From: Octopus vulgaris | Lineage: Eukaryota | Assembly: GCA_951406725.2 (NCBI GenBank) | Contig: OX597816.1 | Location: 86,676,001 to 86,740,000, forward strand | DNA length: 64,000 nt | Direction: 5' to 3' | Notes under the pieces: generated by a model | What the model was told of the DNA's origin: nothing | What the model saw: the letters and a program-made list of their open reading frames with translations, nothing else | The model's database searches: none | Shown: positions 53,363-64,000 of the stretch, piece by piece | Layout: every line of letters begins with the position of its first letter | Position numbering within the stretch: position 1 is the stretch's first letter | Made by a program: the position numbers and the translations under genes

Positions 53363-54990
53363 GAAACACGTAAAATCAAATGGTTATATACGTACATTCG
53401 CGTGCGCACAGATATCTTTGATTAGGCTATGAGCAACTTACTCGTGAATTAGAGAGCAAAACGATACTTATGTCCAAACTCTGTAAAAAAAGGGAAAAAA
53501 TTCTCCACGGAATAGGCGCAGTTATATCTATGTTTGTAAATCGGTGTAGGCGTGGATCTGTGGTAAGAATCTTACTTCTCAACCAAGTTTTAGGTTTAAA
53601 AATAAATCCTGGGATTCATTTGTTGAACTAAAATCTTTCAAATCAGTGCATTAGCATGGCCACAGTAAAATGACTGAACCAAGTATAAGATAAAAGAGAA
53701 AAGGGAAAAGATGAAAGAATACAAAAGAATGATATGCTTGAAAGCGAATCTCCCCAACCCCCCACTGGGTAACAACTCTGTTTCCTTCTCTACTATTCTA
53801 TATACAGCTTCCAGTAAGACCACCACGTACAGAAATTATATTTCCTGAGAAATCCATTTCTTTCTAATTTTATGATATAATGTTCGTTTGTACAGGATGT
53901 GAGACTTTCATTTATTTTTAATATATCCATCTGTATTTGATTTCTCCATGTGAAATGCATTAGTATGTATTTATACATACATTACATACATACATTATAT
54001 ATATACATAGATACATTCATACATACATACATACATACACATGCATACATACATACATACACATGCATTTGAACGGATTAAATACATAATTTTACATTAC
54101 ATTATATTTTATTGTAAACATACATGTAACAGTTTGAGAGTATCTGAAATTTTATCTCTCCGTACACACACGCACATACACACACACACATATTTAGTAT
54201 CACGTGCATGCACTTTTGTTCTTTGGAATAAATAGTTGCATGCGAAAACAAACTCTACGCATATGTGAACGGTGAACGAATATTTGAATTTGTGCGTGAT
54301 TAAGCATGTTCAACGATTTGTACATCTGCAAGTTTCTTTGAAATTCGTGCCAATTTGCAAGAGAAATTAAGCGTGTTTATGATTTAGTCTGTAATTATAA
54401 ATGAATGCTTTATAATGTATAATCCGCAAATGAAAGTTATATGGTTTAAGCTTTTATCCAAGTCGAATTGATGATAACACTATGACGTGATGAGTAGGGA
54501 TTTTTGTTGATCTAACTGCTTGGTCGAAACCCATTAGAGACCTGGACCCCTCATCCCTCATATCTCATGTTTGCTTATGTCTTTCCTCATCCTTCATCCC
54601 TCATGCTTGCTTATGTCTTTCCTCTGTGTGTATTCGTGTGCATTAAACTTACACACATATGCGATGAAGCATGGTTTACATTGTCTTTACTGCGAACGAG
54701 TCCATGTGTATTTATACAAACGTGTATATGTAATCGTTTATGGGTGTACGGATATATGTGCTTTTGCTTTGTTTTGTTGTGTTTTTTCTTTATTTTTACA
54801 CCAGTATCGCGTGCTTTTGTAATGGGAGCATGTATTCATTTGCATTGGTTTTGATCTATGGAAGATAAAATACACAACAATATTTATGTTCAGATTTGCG
54901 TAGATTCCGTGGGAATTTATGTTTGTTGTATATGTGTTTGTGTGTCTGTGTTTAATGCCAGTTTAGTTTTCTGTGTTAAGCGCATGTATG

Positions 54991-55025
<35 letters not shown>

Positions 55026-55590
55026 GTATGTATGCATTACGTATCAATGTAATATTTTGCAAGTGAGATAATAACAGATGACAATATAATTATTTGTGTA
55101 TCTGTATAATATGGATTGCGTTCTGTTGCACCACAGGCATGTATGTATTTCCATATATTCCGTGTACGATAAAAATATATAATTGTATTTGTGTGTGTAT
55201 GTGCTTAAATGAGCGCGTGTACGTAAGTAGCGATTTCTGTGTGTGTATGTGCATACTCACTTTCTCGTTTATTCTCACTTTCTTGTCTTCGTGTGTGCTG
55301 GGATTACGATTGAATTTGCATACATTAATATTCTTTGTGAGATAAAATATATAATATTATGCATTTATAAATGTGTACTTGTGTGCAGTGTGAGATTGTG
55401 TGTGTGTATACATCTGTTTTATCTACAATTTTTTCTATAATTTTTTCAGTGTTGGCAGCATCTATCGTTTTTCTATGTGTGGTAGAATATATATTTGTGT
55501 GTAATTGTACGAAAGTTTGCATATTTCTTTTAATGTATAATTGAATGCATAATTGTAATTTGTTACTCTGATATCATAATTTACACACAC

Positions 55591-55659
<69 letters not shown>

Positions 55660-55924
55660 TTACATACATACATATTTATGTATAATGCCATATTATATCG
55701 TATTATATATTATATTATGTTATATTATACCATACTTTATGATATTTACGTATTTATTCATTGCTTTATTTAATAACAGCTTGATTTTGGCTTGATTTGG
55801 TTACATCAGTTTTAAGTTTCGTATATACATATATTTATTTGTATATATATTTACACACACACATAAATATATATATTTGTGTATATATATATGTATGCAT
55901 ATATATACATATACATATACAAAT

Positions 55925-55971
<47 letters not shown>

Positions 55972-55999
55972 ATTTGATTAGAGCTAACTGTATGTCTGC

Positions 56000-56087
<88 letters not shown>

Positions 56088-56118
56088 CATGCAGACATAC
56101 AGTTAGCTCTAATCAAAT
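55972..56118. repeat. Perfect 33-bp inverted repeat around a (TA)n spacer
   Basis: atttgattagagctaactgtatgtctgcatgta...(TA)n...tacatgcagacatacagttagctctaatcaaat. Confidence 0.9.
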
Positions 56119-56576
56119 AAACCTGCTGTCTATGTGTGTACATGCGCATGTATTTATTTATTCAATATTCAGTTCAGTATTATCTACAGTGATATTCGTA
56201 TATTTTTTATTTAATTGTGAACGAGATAGAAGTATGTGCGTATTTAGGAATAAATCTGTACTTGTTTGTCATCTATTCGTTCAGCACTGTCATGGCTATC
56301 TACACTTTAAATTTAGCTACATTCACAAATATGTGTAAGAAGGAAAATTAAGACACTTGACATTGTTTACTTCAGTTTGTGTCGAACCAAAGTCTTCGGT
56401 ATTTTTAACAACTTAAACTCTTGCGAATAAGTTGTCAAAAGAGGCTTGTTTCACTAGGTATTTTTATACTAAAGGAAACGATCCCATAAACAATATAACA
56501 TAACTATTTTAGATTTAAGCACGTTCAGAAGTACTGCATAAGGATGGAATAAGTGAACATAAATAAAAAAAAATAT

Positions 56577-57310
56577 TTCCTTCTCGAGTGATGCCAGTTT
56601 CATGAGTACCAATTTCCCGGTTTCAATGGCGTATATACTACCTACCTGGATGGGACGCCAGTCCGAAGCAGGATTACTCACTTCTTATTTCTTTATTGCC
56701 CACAAAGGGCTAAACATAGAGGGTACAAATAAGGACAGACAAAGGGATTAAGTCGATTACAACAACCCCAGTGCGTAACTGGTACTTAATTTATCGACCC
56801 CGAAAGGATGAAAAGCAAAGTCGACCTCGGCGGAATTTGAACTCAGAACGTAACGGCAGGCGAAATACATATTTCTTTACTACCCACAAGGGGCTAAACA
56901 CAGGGAGGACAAACAAAGATAGACAAACGGATTAAGCCGATTATATCGACCCCAGTGCGTAACTGGTACTTAATTTATCGACACCGAAAGGATGAAAGGC
57001 AAAGTCGACCTCGGCGGAATTTGAACTCAGAACGTAGCGGCAGACAAAATACGGCTACGCATTTCGCCCGGCGTGCTAACGTTTCTGCCAGCTCGCCGCC
57101 TTACCGTTAAGCATTTCGCCCGGCATGCTAACGCTTCAGCTAGCTCGCCATCTCCAAAGGATTACTCATTTCTGCCGGCTAAGCGGACTGGGGCAACGTG
57201 AAATGAAGTATTTTACTCAAGAACAGAACGCGTCGGCCGGTCCAGGCATCGAAATAACAATCTTACGATCATGAGTCCAGAAGCCTAACCAGTTAGCCAC
57301 GCACCTCCAC
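56577..57310 (-). mobile_element. V-domain-type SINE (family C relative) interrupted by a family B insertion
   Basis: Head at 57310-57240; tail cctggatgggacgccagtccg...ttccttctcgag matches 32454-32550. Confidence 0.82.
56681..57157 (-). mobile_element. Multimeric SINE family B nested in the family C SINE
   Basis: Two tandem Nin/Deu-like bodies plus a duplicated head. 11-bp TSD aggattactca at 56670-56680 and 57158-57168. Confidence 0.9.
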
Positions 57311-57450
57311 CATAAGTAAACATGGTCGCCTATAAATATTGAAGCATCTATCTGAAGAAAATCATTCGACCACGATAAATGTTACGCTAAAGCTTGTCAA
57401 TAAAGAAGCAGCATATCATTCGTCCACGTTACGTTACTCTAAAACTTGTC

Positions 57451-57567
57451 AATAAAGAAAGCTAGCTCATCAGATCATCAGAATATCATAAGTACACCAA
57501 TGATTCAGCTCTCAGTTGTTGGCATAACCACGATATTCTAATGGCCTGATGAGCTACTTTTCTTTAT
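57451..57567. repeat. ~117-nt imperfect hairpin, preceded by a ~57-bp tandem duplication
   Basis: aataaagaaagctagctcatcagatcatcagaatatc pairs with gatattctaatggcctgatgagctactttctttatt. Confidence 0.7.
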
Positions 57568-58883
57568 TAGCATTTACTTGCATTGATTCGTAATATGAAT
57601 AGTATTGCATAATGCATAGAATACACAATAATACGCACATGTTAGTCTAATTTTATTTCATACTGAAACTATTATATGCAGAAGGTTGCAAGCGTCCGGA
57701 ATCCTGAGGGTATCAAGTGGTTAATTATGTATCATCATCTCTCATATTTTCTGACTTTTTATAGTTTATGTACTCCTCATGAATAATTTCATTAATCGGT
57801 CCTTCTGGATTTCAGCTGCGTGGAGACTCTATGTACTTTGGTAGCCGTGTCCGTTAGAGGAGCTTTCTGTGACAGCCACACAACTCCTTGAATCTTTTAC
57901 TGCAAATAAGTGTGTGTGTCTGTGTGTCTATCTATCTGTCTGTGCGTGTGTGAGTATGTATCTATGTATGCTTATATATCCCAGGTTTATTAGGGATGGC
58001 TTTAAACCAGTGATAATCAAAAGAAGTAGAACTAGTCAACGTCTGCATATTTTCCACACTGAACAAGTTCGTAAAAATACTGAAACCATGTTAGCAAATA
58101 TGCTATTTTTCACAATTAAAAATATAAGATAAATACATAAATACGTTATCACTCCACTACATCCGATTTATCCTTCAAGTGAGTGTAACTTTTCACGCGA
58201 ATTATTTTATTTTACATGTATTAAATGTTTTGTGTTGGGAAAATATATTTTCCTGCATGGCAACAAAGGAAGGGTAAAACATTCAGTGAAAAGTTTAACG
58301 TAGACGTAAATGTGTTGTTATATTTGTAAAGTGACTGTAGTTGCTATTCTGTTGCTGCTAATTCTTGGGTGGTTTTATACTTCAATCAAAAACATAGTTT
58401 TTACGCCTACTTTTCACTTCGTCACATTGCTTAATCATAAGTATCCTGCCTTTACTGTTATATTTTTCGATTTATTGTATTCTCTTTTCAGTCTTACATA
58501 TATTTTCCTGTTTTCCGTTAGTTTTAATTCTTTTTATACATTTTAATTTCATACGAGAAATTCTAAGTCATTTCCTTTCGTACTTCACACACACTCACAC
58601 ACACAAAAACAAACAAACATACACACACATGCACAGTCACTCGCGCACACATACATACATATATACACTCACATATATGTATCTTTACAAACGTGTATAC
58701 ATACATATATATGTAGATATATAGATACATACATACACATACATATATATATACATACATATACACATACACACATATAGACCCTCACAAATATGTATGC
58801 TTACCTACGTATATACATATATGTATATATGTATATAATATAAATACTTACATACATAGATTTATACACACATATATAGATAC

Positions 58884-58983
<100 letters not shown>

Positions 58984-59662
58984 AGACATACATAAATACA
59001 CATGTGTATATCTATATATACATAAATACATATGCATATACAAACGCACACACATATGTATGTGCGTATGTGTGTGTGTCCGTGTGCGTGTGCAAGTGTG
59101 TATTGACTTGCCTATAGGTTGTCTTATATTCGGTTAAATTTTGCATTCAAATATTTTTTTTATTGAAAATCAATTGAAAGGAATAATGAAGAATATGTGA
59201 TTTTGCTTCATTTCTTATATATTTAAAGGCAGTTTTGTAGAAAAAATATCTCATGATCATTGAGAGTTACGAGTAATACGTGCAGATGAAATATAAAAAC
59301 AAAAGTGAACTTATAGAGAAAGCGAAACAAATGGAAACAAAAGACACATAAAAGGGATAAAGAAAATCACTAGGGACAATATATTCCTACAAATATTTCT
59401 CATAGTTAGTTACATACTTTAACATGGTCATGGAAACGCTCACAGAAACATTTAACCAACTATTCACGCACTCGAAAATCACGCATATAAGTGTGTGTAC
59501 ACATATGTGTATGTGTGTGTATGTATTTATATAAAAGTAATTATAGAATATATATACATAAATACACGAACAAAACGTAGCTAACATGCGTATATGTATG
59601 TGCGTGTACGTGTGTATACGTGTGTGTATGTATATATGCTTCCACATACCAACTCTCTCACC

Positions 59663-59711
<49 letters not shown>

Positions 59712-60094
59712 TATGTGTGTGTATGTATATGTAGGTGTAGGTGTATCAATATCTATACGATTATGTACCTATACTCTTTAAGATTTCTTTTAAGTTTTCC
59801 CCTTTGCACAATTAAAGGTAGTCACTAACAAAACGCTCTTTTGTTTAATTTGACACAGTTCGTTAGGTCTTTGTTCACCTTTATCGGTTTTTGTATTCGT
59901 ATATGGGTTTCTGGTGTATGTATGTGTACATGCATGGACATAGCTGCACACGTGTTTTTTGTCACAATAGCTGGAAAATTTGCAGACAAGCACACACAAG
60001 GAAACAGATGTAAACACACACACACACACACACACAGACATGTAAATACACACACACACATAAAACACATAAACACGAAAACACAAACACAAAC

Positions 60095-60436
<342 letters not shown>

Positions 60437-60540
60437 TATGTATGCAAAGCAAAATGGAGGAAAATAACAGTAAGAAGTTGGTCGTTTGCGCTAGTAACCC
60501 ATTAATTTAATTAATTAATAAAGAAAAGTGGTAGTAATAG

Positions 60541-60596
60541 TACATTTACGATCGTTTCTGTTTACCAGTTGTGGTGGTAGACATCATCACAATGCA
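60541..60596 (-). ncRNA. Hammerhead motif with C3G core mutation (probably inactive)
   Basis: UGCAUU-GUGAUGA-UGUCUACCA-CCACAAC-UGGUAAACA-GAA-ACGAUCGU-A-AAUGUA. Confidence 0.6.
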
Positions 60597-60828
60597 TAGT
60601 CATATGTAGAGGTAAGAAGATCGAAAGACATAGGGATCCAGTGGTAACGAGAATATAGACAAAGAATGCTGGGTTTCACATTTTAGTTGTTTTTTAGTTG
60701 ATAATTCTGCTGCGAAGTAGATGTATCAGCTAAGAAACCTGCTATAATGTATGACTCACCATTCTTTGTCCTTTTTTCGTTACCACTGTATCCTTATGTC
60801 TTTCGCTCTTCTTACCTTTACATATAAC

Positions 60829-60884
60829 TGCATTCTGATGATGTCTACCACTACAACTGGTAAACAGAAACGATCGTAAATGTA
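60829..60884 (+). ncRNA. Hammerhead ribozyme with canonical core (Penelope-type, palindromic stem III)
   Basis: UGCAUU-CUGAUGA-UGUCUACCA-CUACAAC-UGGUAAACA-GAA-ACGAUCGU-A/AAUGUA: 6-bp stem I, 9-bp stem II with one mismatch, GUA cleavage after 60878. Confidence 0.8.
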
Positions 60885-61071
60885 CTATTACTACCAAAGT
60901 CTTCCTGTTATTTTTCCTTCATTTTCTTCTTGCATATAATTTAAACTATGGTTTACCTGCTGAATTACCTGCTAACGTATACCTTCTACAAAGGACTGTA
61001 CATATGCAGGTAATCACCAGGAGCGCCTTTGGTTTTGAACATCCCTTAGAGTTTTTAAATACCTTTAACTT

Positions 61072-61126
<55 letters not shown>

Positions 61127-61875
61127 TGAGTTAGAGCTTGGGAAACCAACCAACTAAGGGGCAGAATCTATCCAATGTACTGCTGGTAGTGTGCCCAATT
61201 ATTCACATACAAGTGCAGGTTATTGCGTGGCAATCTCGCAATTGAGTGTTATATATGGGTAGGAGTAAAAAGTCGTTTACCCTTAATTCATACGACAAAT
61301 AAGTTCCTATATGTAATTGCTCAATCCCGTTGAATTTCTCCTATTTCTGTTTCTAAAGATGTACCCATGGTTGGTGATTAAGTCTATGCGCATATTAGGA
61401 ATATTCTACATAAACCTAGTCTCTATACTAGGGCTAAGAACCCCTCTCTTACGAACCTTTTGAAAATACACGCTGGATTACTTCATCATACATACTAGCG
61501 CTTAGTAATTGAAATGCACCCTCGAAATGAGAAGGGTAATACTAATATACCACACTATCCACTAGCTTAAATTATAAATATAAACCATTATGTACAATCG
61601 GATAACTGAGTGTAATATAATGTAATTTACTATAGCTAAACTACCTAATCCATCGTAATCCATACATACCTATATCCCATAATAGACACCCTTATCCAAA
61701 CATAAATACCGCCAATTTCCATCTGAATACTATCCAAAAACAGAATTAATTAATAAATAAACTATTTAACTGATTAATTAAATATATAAATAAATAAATT
61801 GATTAATTAAGTAATTAGCTAGAAAAACACGGGTTACCCCCTTTAGCTGTACACACAATTATCGATAACTGTATG

Positions 61876-61919
<44 letters not shown>

Positions 61920-61921
<2 letters not shown>

Positions 61922-62120
61922 TAATCCAAACATGAAAGCACAAAAAACACAACAACGCGAGGACGAGGAACAAATATAGTATTATTGGACGCTCAGGAAA
62001 GAAGGGAAGAAGGAGGGTTTAACGTTTCGGGCGGAGCTCTTCGTCGGAAACATAGGAGAAGGAAAGATCCAGAGAAAGGAAGACAGAGGGAAAAAATCGC
62101 GAACGGAACACACGCAGTCA
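61920..62120 (-). mobile_element. Second copy of the ~205-bp hammerhead-bearing element (see 7769-7974)
   Basis: Reverse-complement match along the full length; the motif here reads CCGACGAAGAGCTCCGCCCGAAACGTTAAAC. Confidence 0.78.
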
Positions 62121-62455
62121 ACGAGCAAAAGCCCCCCATCCCACCCCGTCCAATGGATGGTGCTGAGTTGTCAAACATTTGTACCAAATTTTATCAAAAC
62201 AACTTGTCCGACCGTTCCATAGGCCTCCCTTTTCGGCAACACTGATTTAACCTAAATTTGAGACACCAGCAAAAGAAGAAATAAAGATAGGTTTTATCGA
62301 TGATGACATTCTCACCTGGAATCGATTTTTGTAATTTTTTCAAGACTTATACACCCCCTAATACTGTTGGTATCTACATATCAAATTTGAGCGTAATAGG
62401 ATAGAGGATGCCCAAGATCCTAGAAGACACACACACAGACACACAGAACGGATTT

Positions 62456-62460
<5 letters not shown>
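62121..62460 (+). mobile_element. Possible Helitron/Helentron-like non-autonomous 3' region
   Basis: taccaaattttatcaaaa and tatcaaatttgagcgtaat...gatcctagaagacacacac...ttttatat end ahead of (TA)n; resemblance only. Confidence 0.35.
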
Positions 62461-62519
<59 letters not shown>

Positions 62520-64000
62520 ATGTAAACATTTTCTTCAAACTAGCCCTTTTCAATAAAAACACATAATCTAATAATTTAATACTATAAAACAGTACCACTC
62601 ATTTAATACTTTATATCTAATAATCTAATATTCTATATTTTACTAACATAAGATTTAGCACTGAATAACTATAACTTAAGAAAACAAATAACCGCTATTC
62701 GTCCAGTCCGGTCCACTTTTGTCTCTATTCACGAAATCCTTCCACTTCTGCCTTCCGACAACAATTAATCCCCTGTCGAGCTCCTATACTACATTTAACC
62801 TTATACGGTAAATTCTCCTGATAGATAGATATATTTTTATATTTTTATATGTTTATAAGTTTATACTCTTTTATTTTTCTTAGTCCTATTGTTTTAGTTA
62901 TCGCACTTACTTAATTATTTACTTGGTTTTAATTTTATTTTGCTCATTTACTTGCCCATAATGGCCATGGTTTATTTATTTATTTATTTGATTTGTTTTG
63001 TTTTATCGGTTAACCATCAACGAACCGTAACCACGCCATGGTTTTCAAAATAATAGCTGACCAATGTAGGACTGATCATGACCCCACCCCACTACACACA
63101 GGAATACCGAGACTTGTTGATCGGCAACAAATAACGAATACTAACACCACACTTTGGTCCCACCTGGTTCCTTACTCTCATTAGTACACTCATATTCCAA
63201 ATTTTCCCATGATGGGCTCACCATCATAGGCTGTTTATGCCATAACATCCGCAACGTTGCACCTTCCAGCTGGTACTTTACATATGAACTTTCACCTCCA
63301 TAACACGAACCATACCTTCAAATTCACCCCTGTATTTCTATGTAAACATTATGCGAACTACTGCCTAAATTCACCCTTCCTGAAAAACTACTCCTGGGAA
63401 CAACTATATTCACCTATCCACAATTGGGCGAAATGACATGGATCTTGGAATACATCACGGGAAGTCAGTAGCTTATTACCCTTCCTATTTATTTCTCTCT
63501 CTAGTTCCAGCTCAGAGCTGCGGCCATGCTGATGCACCGCCTATACCCAAATAATTTTAATAACTTGTGCTTCGCTAAAAGCGTACGTTATTCGACTTAG
63601 TAGATTAATACATAGATAGATAAATAAAGAGATCAAGCTGTCTATATTTCTAAATCATCAGCTATATATAGGCATACGTGTGCACACGCACATACTCACA
63701 CATACATATACACACATACACGCACATATGTAATGCGACTTAAAGTTATATCGCATGATATGTAGCCAATATATAGATTAAGAGAATAGTGCAAAGAGAA
63801 ACCTTTCCCATCGCTAGTCTCTGTACTTAGAAACATCCCAGAATACATATAGGAAATTCAGGGGAGTTCCTTCATAGATTTTTATGTTACGTCTTCCTAC
63901 AAGTAATTTATAGCAATAATATCGCTTATGTAATAGGAAAACTCTTATAAGCAGATTATATTATGAAATCTTCAAAGACGGAGCAACACTCATAACTAAC

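Larger units (their letters stand above)
60441..60936. mobile_element. ~500-bp fold-back element (inverted Penelope pLTR-like arms), each arm containing a hammerhead motif
   Basis: The arms pair from tatgcaa/ttgcata inward to a centre tctgct-GCGA-agtaga (60712-60715). The left arm has an extra ~50-bp insert. Confidence 0.8.

Overview
AT-rich, microsatellite-saturated eukaryotic DNA, apparently intergenic or intronic. The SINE families and the (TA)n/(TACA)n/(TAA)n/(GATA)n load strongly suggest an octopus or other coleoid cephalopod genome (inference). No intact protein-coding gene is visible; almost all listed ORFs are translations of simple repeats. The real content is: several tRNA-derived SINE families (some nested, with TSDs); a stack of R4/Dong-type (RLE) LINE 3' ends in (TAA)n at 21.6-24.0 kb plus an older copy at 10-11.4 kb; an RTE LINE remnant; Penelope-like remnants; MITE/fold-back palindromes; and a tRNA-Asp-half/SINE chimera. 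The standout is a near-perfect 361/362-bp tandem array (49080-50441, about 3.8 units). Every unit carries, on the minus strand, a full-length type I hammerhead ribozyme with Schistosoma-like tertiary-contact elements and a compensated U3:A8 core. This is a candidate non-LTR retrozyme that would make ~362-nt self-cleaved or circular RNAs. Further hammerhead motifs occur in Penelope-like ends, the best at 60829-60884. All calls were made by eye; no searches or folding programs were run, and boundaries of old repeats are approximate.
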